Assembly (NCBI GenBank): GCA_009839635.1
Contig: VXPJ01000002.1
Span: forward strand, 1-41,328
Source: Pseudomonadota bacterium
GTDB lineage: Bacteria; Pseudomonadota; Gammaproteobacteria; UBA4575
Reading direction: 5' to 3'
DNA: 41,328 nucleotides
Below the pieces are notes generated by a model. It was not told the DNA's origin. It saw only the letters and a list, made by a program, of their open reading frames with translations, and did not search any database. The position numbers and the translations under genes were made by a program. Positions 25,164 to 35,004 of the stretch are shown here, piece by piece (the first letter of the stretch is position 1; each line of letters begins with the position of its first letter).

Positions 25164-26945
25164 ATGAACTTTAGGAACCTTGCGGGCGCATGCTTGATCA
25201 GCATAGGGACATGTGCTCATGCGCTCGATGAAGTCGTTGTTACCCCCGCCCGATATGCTCAGTCACTCGGGGAGGTCGTACCTTCCGTAGTGGTCATTAC
25301 CCGTGAAATGATCGAGCGCAGCCCCTCTGTGGACATCGCCGGCCTGTTGCGCTGGCATGCGGGTCTGGAAATTAGCCGCACGGGCGGTACCGGGCAACAG
25401 ACATCCGTGTTTATCCGGGGCACGGAAAGTGATCATGCTACGGTGCTCATTAACGGTGTGAAAATGAATTCCGCTACGGTTGGTATCGGTGCACTGGAGA
25501 TGATCAACACGTCGGTGATTGACCGAATTGAAATCGTCAAGGGGCCCCGTTCGACGGTGTACGGATCGGATGCTGTAGGCGGCGTTATCAACATCATTAC
25601 CTCTAACTTTGGGCAGGACGATGAGAACTCTACAAGCTTTCATGTGATGCAGGGACGGTACGGCATGGACGAGCAAGGCGTGAGGCTGCGCTATGGAAAC
25701 GACCAAGCCTCGGGCAACCTGTCTTTCAGCCGACTGGACACGCAGGGGTTTCCAGCAAGAAATACATCCGGCACGGATCACGGACACGATAATGAAACGT
25801 TTGACTTCAATATCCAAACAAAGGTGGGCGCAGGTGAGGTTGCACTTGGTTTTTGGCAGGCGAAGGGCAATACGGAGTACGACAGTTTTGGCAGTGATAA
25901 TGACCAGGATCGAAAGAACAATATTCTGAGGGCGGCGCTGACGGTACCCGTGTCCGACAACTGGCACTCCACCCTGTCCATGTCGCGAACGAAGGATGAG
26001 ATTCGCCAGAATCAGGAAAATTCTTTATCTTCGGGAAACAAGGATTTTGCCTTCACAGACCGGGTGGTCTACGACTGGAAAAATGATTTCACGCTGAATG
26101 ACCATGTGCTCGTTCTTGGGGCCTCACTCGCAGATGAGGACACTGATTCGCTGTCATTCGGCACCTCTTACCGGGAAAACACGGATATCTATTCGGTGTA
26201 TCTGCATGATCGGTTCGCACGCAATAGGCACAGCCTGTTCACGGCCACCCGCTATACGGATCATGAAGACTTCGGGAGTGCAGTCACCTGGAATCTGGAA
26301 TATGGCTATAGTCTGGCAACTCAGACAAGACTGTCCGCAAGTGTCGGTACAGGGTTTCGTGCGCCCAACAGCAGTTCAAGGTTTGGGTTTGGCGGAAATC
26401 CGGATCTGAGAGAAGAAACCTCCCGTTCCATCGAAGCAGGAATCAGTTATGATCTGAACCCCCTGACTGCGTTGTCACTGCGCATTTTCGATAACAGGAT
26501 AGAGGATTTGATCGACTGGGATGTCACGATCAGTCAGAACAGAAATATTGAAAGGGCACGTATTAAGGGGATCGAGGCAGCCTTAAGTCATCAGTCTGGA
26601 CCCTGGGATATCCGCTTGGAAGGCATAATCCAGAACCCCCGCAACGAGACCGAGAATTCGCGCTTGTTGAGGCGGGCAAAGCGTACATTGACTGGATCTT
26701 TGGCGTACAGCCGGGAGCAGTTTTTTGTGCAGATTAACAGTCTGGTCACGTCGCAAAGAAGGGATTTCGGTGACGTGGCTTTATCCGGCTACGGCCTGGT
26801 CGATGTGTCTGCGGGGTATCACTTCCCCTACGTGACGCTGGCATTAAAGGCAGAGAATTTGCTGGACAAGGAATTTGAGCTGGCCTCGGGATACAACCAG
26901 CCCGGCCAGTCCGTATTTGCAGAGCTGCAAATTAAACCCATGTAG
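25164..26945 (+). CDS. btuB: TonB-dependent outer-membrane receptor, BtuB (cobalamin)-like.
   Basis: Signal peptide ...GTCAHA|LDE, TonB box DEVVVTPAR, and a plug region collinear with my recollection of E. coli BtuB (SVFIRGTESDHATVLINGV...IVKGPRSTVYGSDAVGGVINIIT). About 590 aa. It is adjacent to a cobalamin adenosyltransferase. The track ORF starts at the GTG at 25143. Confidence 0.75.
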   Translation: MNFRNLAGACLISIGTCAHALDEVVVTPARYAQSLGEVVPSVVVITREMIERSPSVDIAGLLRWHAGLEISRTGGTGQQTSVFIRGTESDHATVLINGVKMNSATVGIGALEMINTSVIDRIEIVKGPRSTVYGSDAVGGVINIITSNFGQDDENSTSFHVMQGRYGMDEQGVRLRYGNDQASGNLSFSRLDTQGFPARNTSGTDHGHDNETFDFNIQTKVGAGEVALGFWQAKGNTEYDSFGSDNDQDRKNNILRAALTVPVSDNWHSTLSMSRTKDEIRQNQENSLSSGNKDFAFTDRVVYDWKNDFTLNDHVLVLGASLADEDTDSLSFGTSYRENTDIYSVYLHDRFARNRHSLFTATRYTDHEDFGSAVTWNLEYGYSLATQTRLSASVGTGFRAPNSSSRFGFGGNPDLREETSRSIEAGISYDLNPLTALSLRIFDNRIEDLIDWDVTISQNRNIERARIKGIEAALSHQSGPWDIRLEGIIQNPRNETENSRLLRRAKRTLTGSLAYSREQFFVQINSLVTSQRRDFGDVALSGYGLVDVSAGYHFPYVTLALKAENLLDKEFELASGYNQPGQSVFAELQIKPM

Positions 26946-26967
26946 TGCGTCTGTTGGCGGACTGTGC

Positions 26968-27516
26968 GTGACCGGCAGAACAACCAAAATTTATACCCGA
27001 ACTGGTGATCGGGGCGAAACTGGGTTGCCAGGTGGCAGGCGTGTGCGCAAGGATTGTCCTGAAATCCAAGCACTGGGCGATGTCGATGAACTGAATTCTG
27101 TTATCGGCATGATCCTGGCCCATGATTTGCCAACGGATGTAAAAAACAGTCTTACAGAAATCCAGCATCGCCTGTTTGATCTGGGTGCGGAATTAGGCAA
27201 TCCACGCTTGCGGAGGGTTCGTCCAGGAATGGTTACCTACTTGGAAGAACGGATGGATACCTTTACAGAGAACCTGCCAGCACTGAGAAGCTTCATACTC
27301 CCCAATGGCGTGCGTGCGGCTTCAGTTTGCCACCTGGCCCGCGCTGTTTGCAGACGGGCAGAAAGAAGCGTGGTGGTGTTGAGCAAGCATCAAACCGTCA
27401 ACCCGGAGATCCAAATCTACTTAAACAGGCTGTCCGATTTTCTGTTTATTTCGTGCAGGATCCTATCCGCCAGTTCAGACCACCCGGAAACACCTTGGCC
27501 AGACAAGCCTGCTTGA
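26968..27516 (+). CDS. PduO-type ATP:cob(I)alamin adenosyltransferase.
   Basis: KIYTRTGDRGETGL...ALGDVDELNS...IQHRLFDLGAEL...FILPNG...HLARAVCRRAER...YLNRLSD. I chose the GTG at 26968, just after the btuB stop; the track ORF (26875) overlaps btuB. Confidence 0.85.
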   Translation: MTGRTTKIYTRTGDRGETGLPGGRRVRKDCPEIQALGDVDELNSVIGMILAHDLPTDVKNSLTEIQHRLFDLGAELGNPRLRRVRPGMVTYLEERMDTFTENLPALRSFILPNGVRAASVCHLARAVCRRAERSVVVLSKHQTVNPEIQIYLNRLSDFLFISCRILSASSDHPETPWPDKPA

Positions 27517-27526
27517 TGGGTCCGGC

Positions 27527-28309
27527 TTAGTTCTGTGTCCTGGTGCCGAGCAAAATATCCTTGGCGCGCAACTGCTTCAAGGTCTTTCCACCGCTCCTGA
27601 TCACGACCTCCGGGTTTGGATGCTGCAACTCTTTGGCGATTTTTCCAAGAAGCTGTTTGCCTGTTTCCAGCTGGTTGTTTTTCATCTGTTCGATCAGCTT
27701 TGCCGTGATGGAGTTCAGTTCCATGAAGCCGACCTTGCCCTGCCTATCCCTGTAGATCATCAGAAACACAGGCTGTGCACTGGTCTGTTTCGGCTGAAAA
27801 TCAGGACCTATCTTATGCACCGGAAAGTGGTACCCGAAGAATTCTGCCAGAGGCGAAAGGACGGGCACGTTATGTATCAAATCGCCCGTGGGATCTACAT
27901 TTGTCATGTCTGGTTCAAGATCTGAATTAGCGAGACAGATTTCTATCCATTCGTAGTGAGCAAGCTCATTGATGAATACTGGATCTTCAGGCCGGGGCAT
28001 TCTCTCGTTTTCCAGGTAATCAAGGAATTCGCGGGAAATGTCCTTGAAATAGGGTGATGCGGATCGATGGTTGGCAAAAAAATCCCGAACCATCCTATGC
28101 CAGTCCTTATCGCTGTAGAGCCTGCGCAGCACGGGGAACGCACTTTTGATGAAATTCTGCACATTTCGATAGAGAAGGCCGCGATAGATTTTCATCCGCC
28201 GGTCTTCGATGCCTTCCGGTGCACTATTCCTGCTGGGGTCCCTCAGGTGCGCAGTAAACTCGTACTGGACTTTTTTGAATGCAGGTATTTTTGAAGGTTC
28301 GACTGGCAT
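27527..28309 (-). CDS. DUF2063-family protein (HvfC/BufC/MbnC-like RiPP precursor-binding partner).
   Basis: 260 aa with FTAHLRDP...YRGLLYRNVQNFIKSAFPV...FFANHRSASPYFKDISREF. The start lies 3 nt after the DUF692 stop. The family call is from memory of DUF2063 proteins paired with DUF692. Confidence 0.65.
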   Translation of the reverse strand: MPVEPSKIPAFKKVQYEFTAHLRDPSRNSAPEGIEDRRMKIYRGLLYRNVQNFIKSAFPVLRRLYSDKDWHRMVRDFFANHRSASPYFKDISREFLDYLENERMPRPEDPVFINELAHYEWIEICLANSDLEPDMTNVDPTGDLIHNVPVLSPLAEFFGYHFPVHKIGPDFQPKQTSAQPVFLMIYRDRQGKVGFMELNSITAKLIEQMKNNQLETGKQLLGKIAKELQHPNPEVVIRSGGKTLKQLRAKDILLGTRTQN

Positions 28310-28312
28310 GGA

Positions 28313-29173
28313 TCAGCTGAGCTGTACATGGGACGCCGTGTCCCGCTTGTCCTGCAGGTTGCGAATTGTGCGTACTTCCTGCACCAGATCCTCCAGAGGA
28401 GGGATATTGAAATCCCGTTCCAGCAAAGTCGGTATGGAGCCGAACAACTCATAGGTCTTGTCCAGCAAGTCCCAGACAGGATCGATCACACCTGCGCCAT
28501 GGGTGTCCACAAGCAAATCTTCCTCTTCCACGTAGTGGCCGGCGATGTGGCAATATGCAATGCGTTCGCCGGGCAATGCCTGCAGGAATTCCATCGGGTC
28601 ATACTGGTGGTTAACAGAGTTGACATAGATGTTGTTTACATCCAGAAGCAGGTTGCAATCTGCTTCCTCGAGCACGGCGTTGACGAAATCGATTTCGTCT
28701 ATCTCTTTGCCTGGCGCTGCATAATAGGAGACATTTTCCATAGCGATCTTCTGTTCCAGGATATCCTGGACCCGCCTGATTCTGCCGGCAACATAATGCA
28801 CCGCCTCTTCAGTAAAGGGGATGGGCATCAGGTCATACAGGTGCCCGTCATCGGAACAGTAGCTCAGGTGCTCGCTGTAACAGCGGATGTCATGCACATG
28901 TATGAATTTCTTGACATCCTGCACCAAAGACTCATCCAGGGGGGCAGGGCTGCCGATTGAGAGCGATAGTCCGTGTGAGACAAACGGGATTTTTTCTGTG
29001 AAGGCGCGAAAGCGTTTGCTTAATTTTCCTCCGACTCCTATCCAGTTCTCGGGCGCGACTTCCATGAAGTCGATACAGGCCGGGAAGCTCGCTTCAAGCT
29101 CACCAAGAAGGTCGCGCCGGAAACCGAGACCCGAGCCGTGTACCGCATTGATATTTTGATGGATTGTACCCAT
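28313..29173 (-). CDS. DUF692 / multinuclear non-haem iron oxidative enzyme (MNIO; MbnB/HvfB/BufB-like).
   Basis: 286 aa TIM-barrel-like protein: GSGLGFRRDL...IDFMEVAPENW...VSHGLSLSIGS...YSEHLSY...ENVSYY...LLLDVNNIYVNSVNH...IAYCHIAGH...DTHG...ERD. These are characteristic DUF692 blocks. Confidence 0.8.
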   Translation of the reverse strand: MGTIHQNINAVHGSGLGFRRDLLGELEASFPACIDFMEVAPENWIGVGGKLSKRFRAFTEKIPFVSHGLSLSIGSPAPLDESLVQDVKKFIHVHDIRCYSEHLSYCSDDGHLYDLMPIPFTEEAVHYVAGRIRRVQDILEQKIAMENVSYYAAPGKEIDEIDFVNAVLEEADCNLLLDVNNIYVNSVNHQYDPMEFLQALPGERIAYCHIAGHYVEEEDLLVDTHGAGVIDPVWDLLDKTYELFGSIPTLLERDFNIPPLEDLVQEVRTIRNLQDKRDTASHVQLS

Positions 29174-29229
29174 GTGGCATGGTTCCTAGGGGCTGCGAGA
29201 AAAGCCGCAAGACTGGCAAATTGTCCGGT

Positions 29230-29880
29230 TCATTTCCTGAAATGTCTGGCAATCCAGTAATCAATGGACAGGTATCTCCCTGCCCCCGTGAAAAACAGTG
29301 CCAGCAACATCACAAAGTAGGTCGCGGCAAATTCGATACCATTATTCAAAATTACAAAACCTCCTTTTTCTGTCAGCCATTTGTAATTCCCGTGTTTTTT
29401 CAGCAGGGATTTGGCGGCCTGCAGGCGTTTGCCCACTTCCTCACTGTTTTCCAGGCTGTGCTGGGCAGATGGAATCCCGATGGCTGCAAGTGGTTTGGCC
29501 GTGCTGGTGGCAGGGTCGCCCGGTGCTATCGCAAACCAGCCCTGGTTCCAGTGCACTGCAAAAATTGCTACAAGCATAGTGATCATCAAGGGGATGGTAA
29601 ACCAGCGTACTGCAACTCCAAACAGCAAGGCGATACCGCCGAACAACTCTGCGGATGCAGCAAGAATTGCCATGAGCATGGGGGCGGGCAGGCCAAGTCC
29701 CCAATCGGGATTTCCGAACCAACTTGCAATGTCTTCTAGGTGTATGAATTTGTGCAGGCCGACAGCAATAAATACAGGCGCCAGATACAGGCGCAGCGCA
29801 AGTGGTCCCAGAAAGTCGATGGCCCGAAGCCTGTCCAGGACGTCTTGCAATGAATTTGCGGTAGTGACAAGTACTGACAT
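29230..29880 (-). CDS. DoxX-family membrane protein (long, HvfX-like form).
   Basis: 216 aa with about 4 TM helices (LALRLYLAPVFIAVGLHKF; MLMAILAASAELFGGIALLFG; IPLMITMLVAIFAVH; ATYFVMLLALFFTGAG) and a ~60-aa soluble insert. It is adjacent to the DUF692/DUF2063 pair. Confidence 0.7.
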   Translation of the reverse strand: MSVLVTTANSLQDVLDRLRAIDFLGPLALRLYLAPVFIAVGLHKFIHLEDIASWFGNPDWGLGLPAPMLMAILAASAELFGGIALLFGVAVRWFTIPLMITMLVAIFAVHWNQGWFAIAPGDPATSTAKPLAAIGIPSAQHSLENSEEVGKRLQAAKSLLKKHGNYKWLTEKGGFVILNNGIEFAATYFVMLLALFFTGAGRYLSIDYWIARHFRK

Positions 29881-29906
29881 TGGAGTCTCCTGTGAAGCGA
29901 TATTTC

Positions 29907-30545
29907 CTAGCGGATCACACCTTTTTCACTGTATTCGCAAAGATCAAAAATCGGACATTCATGGCATTTGGGCTTGCGTGCCAGACAGGTATAACGACCA
30001 AGCAGAATCAGCCAGTGATGGGCATGCAACTTGTATTTTTCAGGTACCCGCTTTTCCAGTCCAAGTTCTACGGCAAGCACATTTTTTCCAGGCGCGAGAC
30101 CGGTCCGGTTGGATACCCGGAATATGTGTGTATCCACCGCAATAGTAGGCTGGTTGAAGGCATTGTTAAGTACTACGTTTGCAGTTTTTCTGCCGACACC
30201 CGGCAATGACTGTAGTGCTTCCCGGTTGCGCGGTATTCTCCCCCCGTGTTTTTCGAGCAAAATGCGACAGGTCTTGATGATATTTTCAGCCTTGCTGTTG
30301 TATAGACCGATTGACTTGATATAGGTCTTCAACTTTTTTTCTCCAAGCTTGAGCATCTTTCTTGGCGTATTGGCGACTTTGTAAAGATCCCTGGTTGCCT
30401 TGTTTACGCTTACATCTGTAGCTTGGGCAGAAAGTATGACGGAAATCAGGAGTTCAAAATTGGACTTGTGTACGAGTTCTGTTCTTGGACTCGGATTGGC
30501 CTTTTTCAAGCGGCGAAAGATCTTTTCGTATTTTTCCTGATTCAT
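29907..30545 (-). CDS. nth: Endonuclease III.
   Basis: ELLISVILSAQATD, HhH-GPD LPGVGRKTANVVL, VDTHIFRV, and the Fe-S cluster loop CLARKPKCHECPIFDLC. The start at 30545 gives 212 aa; the track ORF extends to 30677. Confidence 0.9.
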   Translation of the reverse strand: MNQEKYEKIFRRLKKANPSPRTELVHKSNFELLISVILSAQATDVSVNKATRDLYKVANTPRKMLKLGEKKLKTYIKSIGLYNSKAENIIKTCRILLEKHGGRIPRNREALQSLPGVGRKTANVVLNNAFNQPTIAVDTHIFRVSNRTGLAPGKNVLAVELGLEKRVPEKYKLHAHHWLILLGRYTCLARKPKCHECPIFDLCEYSEKGVIR

Positions 30546-30561
30546 GTGTATGGATAAGAGG

Positions 30562-30957
30562 TTACTTGTTGAGCGATAGTTCCTTTTTTCTGCGTTCGAA
30601 CAGCGTTTGTCTTTCTTGGCGCACAGATTCAAGTCTTTGTGTGCGCCGCTTGCGGTTGTCACGCGAAAACGCTGCAAATTCTTTTTTCAGTTTTCGCTGC
30701 TCGCATGAAGGAACGGTTTTATGTATCCGGTCAAAACGGGTATTCGCTTCCAGCGTTATGCAGTCGACCGGACATGGAGGGATGCACAACCTGCAGCCTG
30801 TGCAGTACCGGGTTATGACTGTGTGCATATGCCGGGATGCCCCGACGATCGCATCAAAGGGGCAGGCCTTGATGCACAATGTACAGCCGATACACTGCTG
30901 TTCATCGATTCTTGCAAGATACTTTCCCGTTGGGATGATGAGATCTGGGTTTTGCAC
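30562..30957 (-). CDS. RnfB C-terminal-like 2x[4Fe-4S] ferredoxin with a basic tail.
   Basis: [12 protein letters not shown] and [12 protein letters not shown] motifs, and a Lys/Arg-rich C-terminal ~50 aa. It lies between metG and nth, in the position of rnf/rsx-nth linkage. Confidence 0.75.
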   Translation of the reverse strand: MQNPDLIIPTGKYLARIDEQQCIGCTLCIKACPFDAIVGASRHMHTVITRYCTGCRLCIPPCPVDCITLEANTRFDRIHKTVPSCEQRKLKKEFAAFSRDNRKRRTQRLESVRQERQTLFERRKKELSLNK

Positions 30958-30964
30958 AGGAAAT

Positions 30965-32992
30965 CTATTTTACGCGCATGCCAGGAGTAGCCCCGCTGTC
31001 AGGTTGCAGTAGGAATATGTCTTTTCCACCGGGGCCGGCCGCAAGTACCATGCCTTCTGAAGTGCCAAAACGCATTTTCCGAGGAGCCAGGTTCGCAACC
31101 AGCACGGTCAGGCGGCCTTCAATGTCCTGCGGGGCGTAGGCAGACTTTATTCCTGCAAACACGGTGCGCTGCACATTCCCTGTGGGCTCTCCCAGGTCCA
31201 GCGTCAGTTTGAGCAGTTTATCTGCTCCTTCTACCTGTTCCGCCTGGACAATTTTTGCAACCCTGAAATCCAGTTTTGCGAAGTCGTCGAAGGTGATTTC
31301 GTCGTTGATCGGGTCAGCAGGTGCAGGCGCCTCATCTCGTTTTGAATCTTCTATCATGTTCTCCACCGACATTTTTTCGATTCGGGTGATCAGCGGTTTG
31401 AATGTGTTTATCTTATGCCCTTCGGGCAACGGTTTTCCTGAGGCCAGATCGCTCCAGCAGGTTTCCGTATTCAGAAAGGTTTCTGACTTTTGTGCAAGGC
31501 TGGGCGTCACGGGCTTCAAGTAGCCGATCAGCAACCGGTACATGTTCAAGCCAAAGCTGCAGACCTGGTGTGCTTGGTCTCGCTTGGTCTCGTCTTTTGC
31601 GAGTTCCCAGGGCTTGTGGGCATCGATGATCTGGTTGGCTTCATCGGCATGTTTCATGATCGAGCGCATGGCTTGTGAGTAGTTTCGAGATTCGTAGAGC
31701 TCTTTTATGTGTTCGTTTCTTTGTGCTGCATAGTCAAACACCTCGTACCCGCCCTCGATAAAGGCCGAAGTCAGTTTTCCTTCAAAATATTTGTGGATAA
31801 ACCCGGAACAGCGGCTGGCTATATTCACCAATTTTCCCACGACGTCGCTGTTCACACGTTGCTGGAAATCATCCAGGCTGAGGTCAATGTCACTGACATC
31901 AGGTCCCAGCTTTGCCGCAAAGTAGTAACGCAAATACTCAGGGTTCAGATGATCAAGATAGGTGCGTGCCTTGACAAAGGTGCCTCGAGACTTTGACATT
32001 TTTTGGCCGTCGACTGTCAGGAATCCATGACAGTACACGGCGGTGGGAATTCGGTAGTCTGCGCCATGCAGCATTGCAGGCCAGAACAGCATATGGAAGT
32101 ACGCGATATCCTTGCCGATAAAATGGTACACCTCGTATTGGCTGTCGGCATTCCAGTAGGCATCGAAGTCCCGGCCGGTGCGGTCGCAGTACTGTTGCAG
32201 GCTGGCCATGTATCCTACCGGCGCATCCAGCCACACGTAGAAATACTTGCCAGGCGCATCGGGTATCTCGAAACCGAAATATGGCGCATCACGCGAGATG
32301 TCCCAGTCCCTGAGATCGTCCTGGAACCACTCTTTGAGCTTGTTGGTGATTCCCGGTTGCAATGGGTTGTTCTCGATCCAGTCGTGCAGCACTTCCTTGA
32401 AGTCGTTCAGCTTGAAGAAGTAGTGCAGGTTTTCCTTTTTGACCGGTGTGGCACCGCTTACGGATGAATACGGGTTGATCAGGTCCGCAGGCGTATACGT
32501 GCTCCCACAGACCTCGCAGTTGTCTCCGTACTGGTCCTTGGCACCGCATCTCGGACATTCGCCCTTGACAAAACGGTCAGGCAGAAACACCTGATCCTGC
32601 GGGTCGTACAGGTCTACAACCGTTTTTGTGATGATATGTCCGCTTTCTTTCAGCCGCTCATAGATGCGCGTGGAATGGAACCTGTTTTCTTCGGAATGAG
32701 TAGAGTGGTAGTTATCGAACTGAATGTGAAAGTCTGAAAAATCTTTCTGATGCTCGGCACTGACCCGTGATATCAGTTGTTCAGGGGTTATTCCTTCCTG
32801 CTGGGCCTTGAGCATGATCGGTGTGCCATGCGCATCATCTGCACATATATACAGACAGTCGTGCCCACACATCTTCTGAAATCGCGTCCAGATGTCGGTT
32901 TGAATGTACTCGACCAGATGTCCGATATGTATGGGTCCGTTGGCATAAGGCAGCGCGCTGGTGACGAGGATATTTCGTTTTGTTTCAGGCAT
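30965..32992 (-). CDS. metG: Methionyl-tRNA synthetase with a C-terminal tRNA-binding domain.
   Basis: [14 protein letters not shown] (HIGH), KMSKSRG (KMSKS), zinc knuckle CPRCG...CEVCG, and a C-terminal EMAP/Trbp111-like domain. 675 aa. Confidence 0.95.
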   Translation of the reverse strand: MPETKRNILVTSALPYANGPIHIGHLVEYIQTDIWTRFQKMCGHDCLYICADDAHGTPIMLKAQQEGITPEQLISRVSAEHQKDFSDFHIQFDNYHSTHSEENRFHSTRIYERLKESGHIITKTVVDLYDPQDQVFLPDRFVKGECPRCGAKDQYGDNCEVCGSTYTPADLINPYSSVSGATPVKKENLHYFFKLNDFKEVLHDWIENNPLQPGITNKLKEWFQDDLRDWDISRDAPYFGFEIPDAPGKYFYVWLDAPVGYMASLQQYCDRTGRDFDAYWNADSQYEVYHFIGKDIAYFHMLFWPAMLHGADYRIPTAVYCHGFLTVDGQKMSKSRGTFVKARTYLDHLNPEYLRYYFAAKLGPDVSDIDLSLDDFQQRVNSDVVGKLVNIASRCSGFIHKYFEGKLTSAFIEGGYEVFDYAAQRNEHIKELYESRNYSQAMRSIMKHADEANQIIDAHKPWELAKDETKRDQAHQVCSFGLNMYRLLIGYLKPVTPSLAQKSETFLNTETCWSDLASGKPLPEGHKINTFKPLITRIEKMSVENMIEDSKRDEAPAPADPINDEITFDDFAKLDFRVAKIVQAEQVEGADKLLKLTLDLGEPTGNVQRTVFAGIKSAYAPQDIEGRLTVLVANLAPRKMRFGTSEGMVLAAGPGGKDIFLLQPDSGATPGMRVK

Positions 32993-33155
32993 GTTGGGGC
33001 GATCCGTTTTTGCAATTTTACCCTATTGAGGATTTGAAAAAATTATCATCGTCTTGCAGCGTGAGTCCGGGGAACTGGGAGTCTTTGCTGCCCTAGTGGA
33101 CATGGTATAGTAGGCTCCCCTCGTGCTAGACCCAAATTTTTCAGGAGAGTTAAGA

Positions 33156-34244
33156 ATGGTTCAGCTTACAGAAGAGCAGGTGGAGACAGCACTGAAACAG
33201 ATTCAGGACCCTTATCTTGGAAAAAATCTGGTTGCCGGCAATACCGTAAAAAAAATAGAGACGGAAGGCGGCAAGGTAAACATCACGGTCAAGCTGGGCT
33301 ACCCCGCGAAAGGGGTCTCGAACGCTCTTGCCGAGCAGATCGAGGCTAAAATTGGGGAAGCCGGTGCGGAGCACGTGCAGGCAGACGTAAGCTGGCAGAT
33401 TGAGGCACATACTGTACAAAAAAGCCTCAAACCTCTCGAAAATATCAAAAACATCATTGCCGTGGCATCCGGTAAGGGGGGTGTGGGCAAATCCACGACC
33501 GCGGTGAATCTTGCCTTGGCACTGTCCATGGAGGGCGCGACGGTTGGAATGCTGGATGCAGACATTTATGGCCCCAGTCAGCCCCGTATGCTTGGTGTGA
33601 GCGGACAGCCCGAGTCGAGCGATGGCAAAAGCCTGGAGCCCATGGTAGCTCATGGACTGCAAGCCATGTCAATCGGGTTTTTGATCGATGAGGAAACCCC
33701 CATGATCTGGCGGGGCCCGATGGTTACCCAGGCACTTGAGCAGTTGCTGAACGATACTTGCTGGCGAGGACTTGACTACCTGGTGGTCGACTTGCCTCCT
33801 GGCACGGGAGATGTGCAGTTGACACTGGCTCAGAAGATACCTGTAAGTGGAGCAATTATTGTTACCACGCCTCAGGACATTGCCCTGCTTGATGCGCGCA
33901 AGGGACTGAAGATGTTTGAGAAAGTGGAAGTGCCGGTGCTGGGGGTCGTGGAAAATATGAGCATTCACATATGCAGTAAGTGTGGCCATGAAGAGGCAAT
34001 ATTCGGTCAGGGAGGGGGCCAGCGCATGGCTGAAGAATCTGGTGTCGACATACTGGGTGCCTTGCCTTTGGACATCAAGATTCGTGAACAGGCGGACGGC
34101 GGCAACCCTTCAGTAGCAATGATGCCGGACAGTCGCATCGCTGAAATCTATCGTGAGATTGCACGCAAGGCTGCTGCCAAACTTGCTGTGCAAGGTAAAG
34201 ATTACAAGGCACGGTTTCCGAAAATTGTCATCCAGAATACCTGA
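33156..34244 (+). CDS. apbC: Fe-S cluster carrier ATPase ApbC/Mrp.
   Basis: Deviant Walker A SGKGGVGKST, an N-terminal DUF59-like region, and the CSKCGH (CxxC) motif. The ATG at 33156 is preceded by CAGGAGAG. Confidence 0.9.
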   Translation: MVQLTEEQVETALKQIQDPYLGKNLVAGNTVKKIETEGGKVNITVKLGYPAKGVSNALAEQIEAKIGEAGAEHVQADVSWQIEAHTVQKSLKPLENIKNIIAVASGKGGVGKSTTAVNLALALSMEGATVGMLDADIYGPSQPRMLGVSGQPESSDGKSLEPMVAHGLQAMSIGFLIDEETPMIWRGPMVTQALEQLLNDTCWRGLDYLVVDLPPGTGDVQLTLAQKIPVSGAIIVTTPQDIALLDARKGLKMFEKVEVPVLGVVENMSIHICSKCGHEEAIFGQGGGQRMAEESGVDILGALPLDIKIREQADGGNPSVAMMPDSRIAEIYREIARKAAAKLAVQGKDYKARFPKIVIQNT

Positions 34245-34264
34245 CGGTTCTTTCATGATCCTGT

Positions 34265-34301
34265 CCCGGTGGGCCGCACAGTTTTTTGCGGTCACACCGG
34301 G
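34265..34301 (+). terminator. Nested stem-loop after apbC; no U-tract.
   Basis: CCCGGTG (34265-34271) pairs with CACCGGG (34295-34301). It encloses CCGCA (34274-34278) pairing with TGCGG (34087+200; i.e. 34287-34291) around a T-rich loop. Confidence 0.25.
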
Positions 34302-34368
34302 TAACAGTGAATCGAAGCTGCACTGTACGAACAGGTCCCGGGCAGGGGCATTTTGAAGTTGAGTATCC

Positions 34369-34935
34369 ATGGCCATTAAATCAGACCGCTGGATCCGCCA
34401 GATGGCGAAGCAGCACGGCATGATTGAGCCGTTTGAAGCCGGTCAGGTCCGTTCCGGCAACAACGGGCGCCTGGTTTCTTATGGGACATCCAGCTACGGA
34501 TATGACGTGCGCTGCGCGGATGAATTCAAAATCTTTACCAACATCAACTCCGCAATGGTGGACCCGAAGCAGTTCAACATGGACAGTTTCATTGATCTCA
34601 AGGCGAACGAGTGCGTGATCCCTCCAAACTCCTTCGTGCTGGCAAGAACGGTTGAGTATTTTCGGATCCCGCGCTCCGTTCTGACGGTGTGCCTGGGGAA
34701 GTCCACCTACGCGCGTTGCGGCATCATCATCAACGTCACCCCGCTGGAGCCCGAGTGGGAAGGGCATGTCACCATAGAAATTTCCAATTCCACGCCGCTG
34801 CCGGCAAAAATCTATGCCAACGAGGGCATCGCACAGATGCTCTTCTTCGAGTCTGATGAAACCTGTGAGACCTCTTACAGGGACCGGGGCGGGAAATACC
34901 AGGGACAGCGTGGCGTGACCTTGCCAAAGACCTAG
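34369..34935 (+). CDS. dcd: dCTP deaminase.
   Basis: 188 aa: [13 protein letters not shown]...SSYGYDVR...[11 protein letters not shown]...EPEWEG...TIEISN. Confidence 0.95.
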   Translation: MAIKSDRWIRQMAKQHGMIEPFEAGQVRSGNNGRLVSYGTSSYGYDVRCADEFKIFTNINSAMVDPKQFNMDSFIDLKANECVIPPNSFVLARTVEYFRIPRSVLTVCLGKSTYARCGIIINVTPLEPEWEGHVTIEISNSTPLPAKIYANEGIAQMLFFESDETCETSYRDRGGKYQGQRGVTLPKT

Positions 34936-35004
34936 CCGGGCTTTCTTTGCATTGGCCGGAAAGCGATACGGCAGTGGGCAGGCAACCTGTCCGGGGGCCG
35001 GATA

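Noticed and set aside
29411-30145. 244-aa + strand ORF.
   Set aside because: It is antisense to the DoxX and nth genes. Its Ser/Ala/Arg-rich composition is typical of a shadow ORF.
31571-31590. Perfect 10-bp tandem repeat, gcttggtctc x2.
   Set aside because: It lies inside metG, where it encodes ...DETKRDQAH... in frame. It is most likely a chance or slippage relic with no independent function.
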